Shown here: in pieces, positions 1 to 9,224 of the stretch
Layout of the letters: each line of letters begins with the position of its first letter
Position numbering within the stretch: the first letter of the stretch is position 1
Assembly: GCA_023230755.1 (NCBI GenBank)
Contig: JALNWS010000001.1
Location: 1 to 48,314, forward strand
Direction of reading: 5' to 3'
DNA: 48,314 nt
DNA from: Azoarcus sp.
GTDB lineage: Bacteria > Pseudomonadota > Gammaproteobacteria > Burkholderiales > Rhodocyclaceae
The notes under the pieces: model-generated
The model's database searches: none
What the model was told of the DNA's origin: nothing
The model's input: only the letters and a program-made list of their open reading frames with translations
Made by a program: the position numbers and the translations under genes

Positions 1-1
1 G

Positions 2-106
2 GCTGCGCTCTCGGTCCTGCTGTCCGCTGCAAACCATCCGCAGCTGTACGACGCCGACGGCCAGTCGCGCCCCTCCGGCGGCGGCCGCATCCTCGGCAGC
101 GCCTGA
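2..106 (+). CDS. flgN: Flagellar export chaperone FlgN, 3' end only (truncated by window start)
   Basis: Frame 2 reads AALSVLLSAANHPQLYDADGQSRPSGGGRILGSA*, resembling the FlgN C-terminus (LY.xDG...GR.LG.A); flagellar genes are nearby. Confidence 0.7.
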   Translation, partial: AALSVLLSAANHPQLYDADGQSRPSGGGRILGSA

Positions 107-109
107 TGG

Positions 110-169
110 TTCAAAGGGGTCAGAGTCGTTTGATCGCTCATGCGATCAAACGACTCTGACCCCTTTGAA
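110..169. repeat. Perfect palindrome with 28-bp arms (REP-like element or strong hairpin)
   Basis: TTCAAAGGGGTCAGAGTCGTTTGATCGC-tcat-GCGATCAAACGACTCTGACCCCTTTGAA. The GGGGTCAGAGTC/GACTCTGACCCC core resembles REP-type repeats. Confidence 0.85.
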
Positions 170-201
170 ACTTTGAACTCCATTGAACTGCCTTTCGTCT
201 C

Positions 202-210
202 TGCTATCCT
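202..210 (+). promoter_or_regulatory. Possible extended -10 promoter element for parE
   Basis: TGcTATCCT about 30 bp upstream of the parE ATG. Confidence 0.3.
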
Positions 211-240
211 TGCGCCCTTCCGGAATTTTCAGGTCCCGTC

Positions 241-2214
241 ATGGCTGGCACGCAATACGACGAATCCTCCTTTCGTGTTCTCAAGGGACTCGAGCCGGTG
301 CGGGAGCGCCCGGGCATGTACACCCGGACCGACAGCCCCACCCACATCATTCAGGAGGTCATCGATAACGCCGCCGACGAGGCGCTGGCCGGTTTCGCGA
401 AGAAGATTCACGTCACCCTGCATCTCGACGGCTCGGTCATGGTGGCCGACGACGGTCGCGGCATCCCGGTCGGCCTGCACCCGGCCGAAGGCGTGCCAGT
501 GGTCGTGCTGGCCTACACCCGGCTGCATGCCGGCGGCAAGTTCGACAAGCGCGAGGGCAATTCCGCCTATGCATTCTCGGGCGGCCTGCACGGCGTAGGC
601 GTCTCGGTCACCAACGCGCTGTCCACCCGCATCGAAGTGGAAGTGAAGCGCGACGGCAAGATCCACCGCATCGACTTCTCCGACGGCGGCGAAACCATCA
701 GCCCGGTGCGCATCGAAGGCGACTGCGGGCGCCAGACCGGAACCCGCGTGCGCGTGTGGCCGGACCCGAAGTACTTCGAATCGCCCCGCGTGCCGATGAA
801 CGAACTCGAGCGCCTGCTGCGCTCCAAGGCCGTACTGCTGTCTGGCGTTTCCGTGCGGCTGGACATCGAGCAGGTCAACGGTCCGATGCTGACCAAGACC
901 TGGTCCTACCCCGAAGGCCTGGCGGGCTATCTCAACGAGGTATCGGGTGACATCGAACCGGTGGCACCGATCTTCACTGGTGAAAAATACGCGAGCAAGG
1001 ACGACACCAGCTTTGCGCCGGGCGAAGGTGCGAGCTGGGCGCTGGCCTGGTTTGAAACCACTGTGCCGAGCGAGTCCTACGTCAACCTGATTCCGACCGT
1101 AAACGGCGGCACCCATGAATCAGGCCTGCGTGCCGGCGTATTCGAGGCGATGAAGTCCTTCATCGACCATCACACCTTGCTGCCTCGCGGCGTGAAGCTG
1201 CAGCAGGAAGACGTATGCGGGCGCATGAGCTTCGTGCTCTCGGCGCGTCTGCTCGACCCCCAGTTCCAGGGCCAGGTCAAGGAAAAGCTCAACTCGCGCG
1301 AAGCAGTGAAGCTCGTCTCCAGCCAGCTGCGCGACCCCTTCGAGATCTGGCTCAACAATCACGTTGAAGCCGGCAAGGCCATCGCCGAGTTGTCGATCAA
1401 GCAGGCCTTGTCACGGCAGAAGAGCGCGCAGAAGGTTGAGAAGAAGAAGACTTCCGGCGTGGCCGTGCTGCCCGGCAAGCTGTCCGATTGTGAGTCCGAG
1501 GACATTGCCCACAACGAACTCTTCCTGGTCGAGGGCGACTCCGCCGGCGGCTCGGCCAAGATGGCGCGCAACAAGGAAACCCAGGCCATCCTGCCGCTAC
1601 GCGGCAAGGTGCAGAACGCATGGGAAATCGACCCCGACCGTATCCTGGCCAATGCCGAGATTCACGACATTGCCGTGGCACTCGGCGTGGATGCCCACCG
1701 CCCCGACGGCAACCCCGATCTCAGCGGCCTGCGTTATGGCAAGATCGTCATCATGTCCGACGCGGACGTCGACGGTGCCCACATCCAGACCCTGTTGCTG
1801 ACCCTGTTCTTCCGTCACTTCCCCAAGCTGATCGAACATGGTCACGTCTATGTTGCGCAGCCGCCGCTGTATCGGGTGGACGTACCGGCCCAGGGCAAGA
1901 AGCGCCCACCCCGGCGCCTGTATGCGCTGGACGAGGGCGAGCTGGCGGCGATGCGGGACCGCCTTACGACAGAAGGCTTCAAGCCCGAGGCCATCGAGAT
2001 CGGCCGCTTCAAGGGCCTGGGCGAGATGAATCCCGACCAGTTGCGCGAAACCACCATGGACCCCGCCACCCGCCGCGTACTGCCGGTGCATGTTCGTCCC
2101 GGCGCCTTCGACGACACCCTCAAGATGTTCACGCTGCTGATGGGCAAGGGCGAAGCCTCCGGCCGCCGCGCCTGGATGGAAGAAAAAGGCGATTCGGTCG
2201 AAGCCGACATCTGA
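241..2214 (+). CDS. parE: DNA topoisomerase IV subunit B
   Basis: LEPVRERPGMY, EVIDNAADE, GGLHGVGVSV (GHKL ATPase); LVEGDSAGGSAK, PLRGK, DADVDGAHI (Toprim); 657 aa without the GyrB insertion. Confidence 0.97.
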   Translation: MAGTQYDESSFRVLKGLEPVRERPGMYTRTDSPTHIIQEVIDNAADEALAGFAKKIHVTLHLDGSVMVADDGRGIPVGLHPAEGVPVVVLAYTRLHAGGKFDKREGNSAYAFSGGLHGVGVSVTNALSTRIEVEVKRDGKIHRIDFSDGGETISPVRIEGDCGRQTGTRVRVWPDPKYFESPRVPMNELERLLRSKAVLLSGVSVRLDIEQVNGPMLTKTWSYPEGLAGYLNEVSGDIEPVAPIFTGEKYASKDDTSFAPGEGASWALAWFETTVPSESYVNLIPTVNGGTHESGLRAGVFEAMKSFIDHHTLLPRGVKLQQEDVCGRMSFVLSARLLDPQFQGQVKEKLNSREAVKLVSSQLRDPFEIWLNNHVEAGKAIAELSIKQALSRQKSAQKVEKKKTSGVAVLPGKLSDCESEDIAHNELFLVEGDSAGGSAKMARNKETQAILPLRGKVQNAWEIDPDRILANAEIHDIAVALGVDAHRPDGNPDLSGLRYGKIVIMSDADVDGAHIQTLLLTLFFRHFPKLIEHGHVYVAQPPLYRVDVPAQGKKRPPRRLYALDEGELAAMRDRLTTEGFKPEAIEIGRFKGLGEMNPDQLRETTMDPATRRVLPVHVRPGAFDDTLKMFTLLMGKGEASGRRAWMEEKGDSVEADI

Positions 2215-2274
2215 TTCGTCGAACATTCCGATCCCGCCTGCGTCACGCGCAGCGCCGGATCGGCCTGCCCTGGC

Positions 2275-3849
2275 TCAGTGCCCGCCTCCTGCCCTCACTG
2301 TAAAAGGGGGACGTGCCAGCCAGATCGGAGCGATCAGGCACAGCATCACCACCCCGCTGATCCACAGCACATCGTCGGTTGCCATCAGAAAAGCCTGACT
2401 GTTGATCGTGTTGTCCAGCGCCGCGAGCGCTTGCTCCGCACTCAGCCCTGCACTGCGCAAGGCGGCAAGATAGTCGATCGACGGCTGATCAAAGTCGGTC
2501 ACATGCTCGACCATGTCGGCGTGATGGATGATCGCCTCATGATCCCAGAGCGAAACCATGACGGCAGTACCGAAGCTCGAGCCCAGATTGCGCATGAAGC
2601 TCGACAGGCCCGAGGCGCTGGCAATCTGGCTCGGATGCAGACCCGACAGGTTGATGGTGATGATCGGCAGAAAGAAACAGCTGATACCAATCCCCATCAG
2701 CAACCGCGACACGGCGACCGTCCAGTAATCGACGTCCGGCGTGAAGCCACTGCTCCAGAACGCGACCAGCGCAAACACCGTGAAGCCGATCGTCGCCACC
2801 AGACGCGCGTCCACACGATGGATATTGGCGCCGACAACCGGCCCGAGCATGAGCGCAAGCACTCCGCCGAAGGCAACCACCTTGGCTGCCCATAATGCGG
2901 TGTAGCCCTGGAAGGTCTGGAGCCACAGCGGAATCAGCACTACGGTGCCGAAAAAGGCCATCGAGCCGAGCATCATGCAGATCGACCCAATGGCGAAATT
3001 GCGCCGCGCAAAGAGCCGCAGTTCGACCACCGGATGCTCATCGGTCAACTCCCATGCGATGAAGAACGCAATCGCGACGAAGGAGACACAGGCCAGCGCG
3101 ATGACGATGCCAGAGCCGAACCAGTCCAGCTCGTTGCCCTTGTCGAGCAGAATCTGCAGCGCGCCCACCCCGATCGCCAGCAGCGCGAGCCCCACGTAGT
3201 CCACCGGGATCTTGCGTGTTGCGGTCTCCTTGTCCTTCAGCATGTTCCACGACGCCATCGCCACAAGCACCCCGAAAGGCAGATTGATCAGGAACACCCA
3301 GTGCCAGGAGAAGGCTTCGGTCAGCCATCCGCCAGCCAGGGGCCCGACAATTGGCGCCAGGATTGTGGTCATGGACCACAGGCCGAGCGCCATGCCTCGC
3401 CGGTGCGGCGGATAGAGCGAGGTCAGAAGGGCTTGCGACAGCGGCACCATTGAAGCACCGAACACCCCCTGCAGCACCCGTGCCGCAACCAGCACGGGGA
3501 AATTCGGCGCCAGACCGCACAACACCGAGGCCAGGGTGAACAGCAGGGTTGCCATCACGAACATGCGCACCTGCCCGAAGCGCTGCGCAAGCCAGCCGGT
3601 GAGCGGCATCATGATCGCCTCGGACACCGCGTATGAGGTGATGACCCAGGTCCCCTGCGTATAGCTGACCCCGAGATCGCCGGCGATGGTCGGAATCGAC
3701 ACGTTCGCGATCGACATGTCCAGGATGTTCACGAACGACCCCAGACCGAGCACCGCCGTCGCCAGCACCAGGCGCGCACCACTCAGATACTCGGGCCTGG
3801 CCGGTGGCACTGCGGCGCCGGCCCCCGCGGCAAGTGTCGCGCTGCTCAT
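2275..3849 (-). CDS. emrB: DHA2-family (EmrB/QacA) MFS efflux permease
   Basis: LDMSIANVSIPTIAGDLG, WVITSYAVSEAI, GNELDWF motifs; 524 aa, highly hydrophobic. Confidence 0.92.
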   Translation of the reverse strand: MSSATLAAGAGAAVPPARPEYLSGARLVLATAVLGLGSFVNILDMSIANVSIPTIAGDLGVSYTQGTWVITSYAVSEAIMMPLTGWLAQRFGQVRMFVMATLLFTLASVLCGLAPNFPVLVAARVLQGVFGASMVPLSQALLTSLYPPHRRGMALGLWSMTTILAPIVGPLAGGWLTEAFSWHWVFLINLPFGVLVAMASWNMLKDKETATRKIPVDYVGLALLAIGVGALQILLDKGNELDWFGSGIVIALACVSFVAIAFFIAWELTDEHPVVELRLFARRNFAIGSICMMLGSMAFFGTVVLIPLWLQTFQGYTALWAAKVVAFGGVLALMLGPVVGANIHRVDARLVATIGFTVFALVAFWSSGFTPDVDYWTVAVSRLLMGIGISCFFLPIITINLSGLHPSQIASASGLSSFMRNLGSSFGTAVMVSLWDHEAIIHHADMVEHVTDFDQPSIDYLAALRSAGLSAEQALAALDNTINSQAFLMATDDVLWISGVVMLCLIAPIWLARPPFTVRAGGGH

Positions 3850-5105
3850 TTCCGGATGGATGAGCGGTTGTCGGCAATCACACGAGCAATCACCGCATCG
3901 GCCTCCTTGGCCTGTGCGGCAAACACGGTCGTCGACAGCCCGCGTCCGGACTGCGCGTCAGCATCCAGAATCGGGCCGCTTCGATCATGCGTATCGATGC
4001 TTGCCCGCATCGACAGACCGATGCGCAGCGGGTGTTGCTCCAGCTCAGTGGGGTCGAGCGCAACCCGCACCGGCAGACGCTGCACGATCTTGATCCAGTT
4101 CCCCGAGGCGTTCTGCGCCGGCAGGACCGCAAACGCCCCGCCTGTTCCGGCGGCAAACCCGACGACCTGTCCGTGGTACGCCACCGCATCGCCCCAGAAA
4201 TCCGAGGAGAGCTTCACCGGCTGGCCGATGCGGACATCGGCGAGGTCGGTTTCCTTGAAGTTCGCGTCCACCCACATCTGTTCTGCCGGAATGATCGCCA
4301 TCAGCGCACCACCAGGTGCCACCCGTTCGCCGAGCTGCACCTTGCGCCGGGCGACATGACCGTGCGCGGGCGCAACGATCCGGGTGCGGCGCAGCGTCAG
4401 ATAGGCTTCCTTGACCTTGGCAGCGGCCGCAGCCACCCGCGGATGATTTTCCAGTGAGGTATTATCGACCAGCACGTCCGCGCCGTCCTTCTGCTTGCGC
4501 GCCCCCGCAAGTGCCGAACCGGCCTCGTTGACGCTTGCACGTGCGGCCGCCCGTACCGCCTCGGCTGCCTGCACGGCGGTCCGGGCAATCTGCAGTGCGT
4601 CGTCCGAGATGAACTTCTCGCGGTACAGCTTCTCCTTGCGTGCGAAGTCGTCCTTCGCCCGCTGCAACTCGGCCTCGGTCCGGAACAGCTCCTGGCGCAT
4701 GCGTTCGGTGTCGGCCGTCCGTTGCGCCACCAGTTCACCGGACTGCCCTGCACCGGCATACAGTCCGCGGACTTCACGCACAGCGTCGGCGAGTGCGGCC
4801 TCGGCCGACTGCAGCGCAATGCGCGCATCGGCGTCGTCGAGCTCCACCAGCACCTGCCCTTCCTCGACGAAATCCGTATCGTCCGCATGCACGGCAACCA
4901 CCGTTCCCGACACCTGCGATGCGATCTGGATCACGTTACCGGACACATAGGCATTGTCCGTTGTTGCCCTGTAGCGCGCGACAAGCAGCCACCATGCAGA
5001 CACGGCAATTGCGACCGCCAGAAAACTCATGCTCATGGTCAGCAGCACGCTGCGGCGTTTGCGTCCGGCCGTAAACGCCTTACCGCCCTGTACGGGTTCA
5101 GTCAT
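3846..5105 (-). CDS. emrA: EmrA/HlyD-family membrane fusion protein
   Basis: TDNAYVSGN, WVDANFKET, PAQNASGNWIKIVQRLPVR. Start reassigned to ATG 5105 (MTEPVQ), which has a GGAGG RBS and overlaps the MarR stop. Confidence 0.92.
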   Translation of the reverse strand: MTEPVQGGKAFTAGRKRRSVLLTMSMSFLAVAIAVSAWWLLVARYRATTDNAYVSGNVIQIASQVSGTVVAVHADDTDFVEEGQVLVELDDADARIALQSAEAALADAVREVRGLYAGAGQSGELVAQRTADTERMRQELFRTEAELQRAKDDFARKEKLYREKFISDDALQIARTAVQAAEAVRAAARASVNEAGSALAGARKQKDGADVLVDNTSLENHPRVAAAAAKVKEAYLTLRRTRIVAPAHGHVARRKVQLGERVAPGGALMAIIPAEQMWVDANFKETDLADVRIGQPVKLSSDFWGDAVAYHGQVVGFAAGTGGAFAVLPAQNASGNWIKIVQRLPVRVALDPTELEQHPLRIGLSMRASIDTHDRSGPILDADAQSGRGLSTTVFAAQAKEADAVIARVIADNRSSIRK

Positions 5106-5634
5106 GGCCAGCCTCCCTGGGAGTCGAGGCCAGTGGATCGTCTGCCTGTTCAAGCTCCAGCAACCAGCTACGCAACATCCCACACATGCGTGTGGCATCC
5201 TCCGGCGAAAAGCCTGCAACCAGCTTCTCGTACCCGGCCCACATTACCGGCAGGATCCTGCCCAGCGCGCGCTTGCCCGCGGCCGTCAGCCGAAGCTCGA
5301 CCGCACGGCGATCCTGCACACCGTGCCCCCGCTCCACCCAGCCACGCGCGACGAGTTCGTCCGCGATCCGGGTCATGTGCGGTCTGGACTGGCGCAAGGC
5401 CTCACTTGCCGCCGACGGACTGATGGACTGCGCAGGATCGCTGTGAATCATCAGCATCAGCGACCACGCCGAATGACTCAGCGCATGAGCCTCAAGCACC
5501 TGCGCGAGGCGATCCTCGAGATGACGCTGCAGAAAAAAGACCATCCTCACCATCATGATGGCCTGGGCGGGCATCGCAGGGTAGAGATTCTTCATTCCCT
5601 CGACGCGCGACTCGTAACATTGAAGATTGATCAA
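5098..5634 (-). CDS. MarR-family repressor (EmrR/MprA-like)
   Basis: wHTH with DRR..LRLT.AG motif; first gene of the emrAB operon. Start uncertain (TTG 5634 or ATG 5595). Confidence 0.85.
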   Translation of the reverse strand: MINLQCYESRVEGMKNLYPAMPAQAIMMVRMVFFLQRHLEDRLAQVLEAHALSHSAWSLMLMIHSDPAQSISPSAASEALRQSRPHMTRIADELVARGWVERGHGVQDRRAVELRLTAAGKRALGRILPVMWAGYEKLVAGFSPEDATRMCGMLRSWLLELEQADDPLASTPREAGHD

Positions 5635-5636
5635 AG

Positions 5637-5669
5637 TAGTTACTCACGTAAACATTTTACGCGTAACTA
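5637..5669. promoter_or_regulatory. Putative MarR operator (nested inverted repeat)
   Basis: TAGTTAC-tca-CGTAAA-cat-TTTACG-c-GTAACTA in an AT-rich stretch immediately upstream of the marR gene. Confidence 0.6.
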
Positions 5670-5719
5670 TATACAACATTCTTCAAAAAAACACTGCCTC
5701 CAGATACGTCGAGCGCTGC

Positions 5720-6109
5720 TCAGCGCGAGTACCGGGAAAACCGGTCTTTCAGCTTGCACAGCGCGGTCGTGATGTCGAAACGCGTCTCTGGCAGCGCGGC
5801 GCCCTTCAGGATGTGCTCCAGCGCAAGCGCCGGATCCGACGCCCCCGTCAGTAACACGGTTGCCGCCCGCGCCTGCATGTGGCGCACGAAACCGTCGCCA
5901 GCGCTCGCCGCAACGACGATCTCGACCCCATCGAGCGGATGCGGGCCATCGTCCTGCCAGTAGTGCATCAGTTGCGCCCTCTCCAGCGTGACTCGCGTCG
6001 GCGGCGGGATCGGCTCGTCGCGCGTGCAGTCGTAGACGAGCCAGTGATGCGATTTGCCCGCATGACCGGCCACGGTGGTGAAGGAATCGGTAGCAATGGC
6101 AATTTTCAC
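5720..6109 (-). CDS. NifB/NifX-family (FeMo-cofactor-binding domain) protein
   Basis: MKIAIAT...VAGHAGK...WLVYD and HPLDGVEIVVAASAGDGF match the NifX/MTH1175-like pattern; GTG start at 6109. Confidence 0.7.
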   Translation of the reverse strand: MKIAIATDSFTTVAGHAGKSHHWLVYDCTRDEPIPPPTRVTLERAQLMHYWQDDGPHPLDGVEIVVAASAGDGFVRHMQARAATVLLTGASDPALALEHILKGAALPETRFDITTALCKLKDRFSRYSR

Positions 6110-6139
6110 GATGAGACTCCGGTTCGATAACACGTGGCA

Positions 6140-6155
6140 AGCAGGTTCAGTGCCA
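6140..6155 (-). promoter_or_regulatory. Sigma54 (-24/-12) promoter for the NifX-like gene
   Basis: Minus strand TGGCACTGAACCTGCT gives GG-N10-GC with a consensus TGGCAC. Confidence 0.7.
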
Positions 6156-6169
6156 CGAACGATCTCGCT

Positions 6170-6185
6170 CGGAATGCAATTTGCT
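6170..6185 (+). promoter_or_regulatory. Sigma54 (-24/-12) promoter for the TPR-like gene
   Basis: CGGAATGCAATTTGCT gives GG-N10-GC with a consensus TTGCT, 33 bp upstream of ATG 6219. Confidence 0.6.
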
Positions 6186-6218
6186 TGACGATGCAGCCTC
6201 GACTCTCACCCGACCGCC

Positions 6219-6725
6219 ATGGCCCGCTCGAAACCACAGGAAAACCTTATTGCGTTCGGCCCTCTGCCGCCGCATGTCAATGCGCTCTTGCAGGAAGGCG
6301 TCAGCTGCCACCGCAGCGATCCGGCGCGCGCCCGCGCCCTCTTTCGCCACGCCATCGAGATCTCGCCCGCGTCCTTACCCGCTTATCGCTGTCTGTTCAA
6401 ACTGCAGAACCAGCAGCGCGCATTCGACGAAGCCCGTGCCGTTGCGCTCGATGGCCTCGCCGAAGCTGCGCACCAGGCCCGGGTCAGCCAGGACTGGCGC
6501 CACTGGACGCCCGAGGACGTCGGGGACGACAAACTGCGCACGGTTGCACAGCGCTTCCTGCTGTCCTTTCTCAAGGCGCTGTCCTTCATCGAACTGCGCG
6601 GGGGCAACCCCGAGGCCAGTCGCCACATCGTCGCCCGTCTGCAGGCGCTCGACCCGGAAGACGGCGTCGGCCATTCAGTGATCTCCGCCCTGCTCGACGA
6701 CGACGCCGGAGCGCCTGCCGACTGA
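6219..6725 (+). CDS. TPR-like alpha-helical hypothetical protein, possibly nitrogen-fixation associated
   Basis: ARALFRHAIEISPASLPAYRCLFK and FLKALSFIELRGG...LQALDPEDGVG helical-repeat pattern; sigma54 promoter upstream. Confidence 0.6.
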   Translation: MARSKPQENLIAFGPLPPHVNALLQEGVSCHRSDPARARALFRHAIEISPASLPAYRCLFKLQNQQRAFDEARAVALDGLAEAAHQARVSQDWRHWTPEDVGDDKLRTVAQRFLLSFLKALSFIELRGGNPEASRHIVARLQALDPEDGVGHSVISALLDDDAGAPAD

Positions 6726-6818
6726 GTCAGAAGTCCGACAAGCAGGCAGGCCTCGTCGTACTCCACGCAGACCCCGGTGGGCATTCCGCGCATTTCCGAC
6801 GAGGCCCCGGACTGCAGG

Positions 6819-8390
6819 CTATGAATAGCGTACCCGCAGCTCGCGTTTGAGCAGTTTGCCCGATGCGTTCCGCGGCATATCCTCTACAAAGTGGATTCTC
6901 TTGGGCACCTTGAACGGCGCAAGATGCGCGTGTGCATGCGCGATCAGCACCTCCGCATCGACCTGCGCGCCCTCCTTGAGACAAACCACGGCAGTCACCG
7001 CCTCAATCCACCGCGGATCGGCCAGGCCGATCACCGCAACCTCGGCAACGGCCGGGTGCAGATAGAGGCACTCCTCGACTTCGCGGCTCGACACGACCAC
7101 GCCACCGGTCTTGATGATGTCCTTGATGCGGTCGGTGATGTAGAGATAACCCGCCTCGTCCAGATAGCCGACATCACCGGATCGAAACCACCCGTCGGCA
7201 AAGGCTGCCGCGGTTTCTTCCGGCTTGTTCCAGTAGCCACTCATGAGTTGGGGTGAGCGGTGCACGATTTCACCCATCTCGCCGGGCGCTACGTCATGCA
7301 TGTTGATATCGACAACCCGCATATCCACGTTGAACACGGCCCGCCCTGCAGACGCCGGCCGCTGTGCATGCTCTGCGGGGCGCAGAACCGTGGCCAGCGG
7401 AGCGACCTCGCTCTGACCGTAGCAGTTGTACAGGCTCAGCGCGGGCAAGCGGGCAGCCAGTTCCTGGAGCACCGGCACCGGCATGATCGACGCCCCGTAG
7501 TAGCCCTTCTGCAGCGAGGACAGATCGCTTTGATCGAACCCCGGGTGGCGCAGGAAGGATATCCACACCGTCGGCGGCGCAAAGAAGCTGGTCACACGCT
7601 CGTTCTCAATCAGCTCGAAACACTGCTCGGCCTGCGGCGCCTGCACCAGCAGCGTGCTCGCGCCGACCAGCAATTGCGGCATCAGGAACACGTGCATCTG
7701 CGCAGAATGGTATAGCGGTAACGACGCCAGCGAGCGGTCTTCGGCGCAGATATCGGTGGCCAGCAGGGTGCTGGTGTATTCGGCCATCAGGGCACGGTGA
7801 CTCATCATCGCGCCTTTGGGCGCGGCCGTGGTCCCCGACGTATACAGCAACTGGGCGATGTCCTCTTCGTCGACATCAACGGCCGGTGCCTCCTCAAAGC
7901 CCGTTGCCATGGCCCAGGCCAGCACGTCGTGCCCGGACCCTCCGTCCAGCGTGCCCTGCCATTCGCAGCCGAGCGTGGCCCCGAGCGCCACCACGTGACC
8001 GGCCATGTCGCGGTCGCAGAACAGCGCCCGCGCCCCCGACTGGTTGACGATGTAGGCAAGCTCGGCATCGATCAGCGCGTAGTTGACCGGCACGTGGATG
8101 AGACCGGCGCGCACGCAGCCGAGCCATAGCAACACGTATGCGTCGGAGTTTCGCCCGTAGGCGGCGACGCGGTCGCCGGGAACGAGACCGAGACCGAGCA
8201 AACGGTTGGCTACGCGATTGGCCGCCGTATCGAGCGCAGCGTAACGCCAGGCGCGCGTCCCGAAGCGCAGCGCTTCCTTATCCGGGTTGCGCCGTACCGA
8301 ACGCCGCAGTGCGTCCCCGATCAGGTTACGACTGGCGCGGCGCACCTGACCTGCGGTGACATGCTCACTTGTGTTGTTGTTCATGCTCAC
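6819..8390 (-). CDS. Acyl-CoA synthetase (AMP-forming fatty acid-CoA ligase)
   Basis: YTSGTTAAPKG, YGQSE, WFRSGD, PRNASGKLLK ANL-family motifs. Confidence 0.93.
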   Translation of the reverse strand: MSMNNNTSEHVTAGQVRRASRNLIGDALRRSVRRNPDKEALRFGTRAWRYAALDTAANRVANRLLGLGLVPGDRVAAYGRNSDAYVLLWLGCVRAGLIHVPVNYALIDAELAYIVNQSGARALFCDRDMAGHVVALGATLGCEWQGTLDGGSGHDVLAWAMATGFEEAPAVDVDEEDIAQLLYTSGTTAAPKGAMMSHRALMAEYTSTLLATDICAEDRSLASLPLYHSAQMHVFLMPQLLVGASTLLVQAPQAEQCFELIENERVTSFFAPPTVWISFLRHPGFDQSDLSSLQKGYYGASIMPVPVLQELAARLPALSLYNCYGQSEVAPLATVLRPAEHAQRPASAGRAVFNVDMRVVDINMHDVAPGEMGEIVHRSPQLMSGYWNKPEETAAAFADGWFRSGDVGYLDEAGYLYITDRIKDIIKTGGVVVSSREVEECLYLHPAVAEVAVIGLADPRWIEAVTAVVCLKEGAQVDAEVLIAHAHAHLAPFKVPKRIHFVEDMPRNASGKLLKRELRVRYS

Positions 8391-8429
8391 TCCTCCTGAT
8401 GTTGTCGGCCGGAACTTGATGCCCGGTCC

Positions 8430-9197
8430 TTACTTCGCCGCCATGCGCAATGCGCCATCAAGGCGGATAACCTCACCGTTAAGCATCGGGTTGTCACAGA
8501 TCGCGCCAACCAGCCGTGCATACTCTTCGGGCCGTCCCAGACGGGACGGGAACGGGACCACGCTACCCAGAGAATCCTGCACTGCCTGTGGCAGACCGCG
8601 CAGCATGGGGGTCTCGAAGATTCCGGGTGCGATGGTCATCACGCGGATGCCATACCGGGCCAACTCGCGTGCGATCGGCAGGGTCATGCCAACCACACCC
8701 GCCTTGGACGCCGCATAGGCCGCCTGGCCAATCTGTCCGTCGAAGGCCGCAACCGAGGCCGTGCATACGATCACGCCGCGCTCGCCCTCTTCGTTCGGGG
8801 CGGTTTCTTTCATCGCGTCTGCGGCAAGCCGGATCAGGTTGAAGGTTCCAATCAGGTTGATATTGACGGCGCGCACAAAGGCATCGAGCGAGTGCGGCCC
8901 CTCACGCCCGACGACCTTCTCCCCCGGCGCAACGCCGGCACAGCACACAAGGCCATGAAGGCCACCGAAAGTGACGGTCGCAGCTTCGATCGCCGCGCGC
9001 GCCGAACTCGCATCGGTGACATCGGTGCGGACAAAACGGGCGGCACTGCCGAGCTCCGCAGCGAGCCCCGCGCCGCCGTCCGTATCGATATCCGCAATGA
9101 TCACCTTGCCGCCACCTGCAACCACCATGCGTGCGGTAGCCGCGCCAAGCCCCGAAGCGCCACCGGTCACCACGAATACAGCGTTTTCAATCTTCAT
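8430..9197 (-). CDS. SDR-family 3-hydroxyacyl-CoA dehydrogenase (HSD10/FadB2x-like)
   Basis: [41 protein letters not shown]; start at MKIEN (9197). Confidence 0.92.
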   Translation of the reverse strand: MKIENAVFVVTGGASGLGAATARMVVAGGGKVIIADIDTDGGAGLAAELGSAARFVRTDVTDASSARAAIEAATVTFGGLHGLVCCAGVAPGEKVVGREGPHSLDAFVRAVNINLIGTFNLIRLAADAMKETAPNEEGERGVIVCTASVAAFDGQIGQAAYAASKAGVVGMTLPIARELARYGIRVMTIAPGIFETPMLRGLPQAVQDSLGSVVPFPSRLGRPEEYARLVGAICDNPMLNGEVIRLDGALRMAAK

Positions 9198-9224
9198 GCC
9201 TGCACTCCTGACTGCTATCAACTA

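Noticed and set aside
3846-5219. Longer ORF-track starts for emrA (also motC 17980, fliA 18762, DUF192 25243, dppC 29400, ATPase 30587, methyltransferase 38489)
   Set aside because: Most extensions overlap neighbouring genes, and all lack family similarity; downstream ATGs fit better.
5720-6725. Calling the window a nitrogen-fixation cluster
   Set aside because: No nifHDK, nifENB or nifA here, and NifX-like domains also occur in non-diazotrophs.
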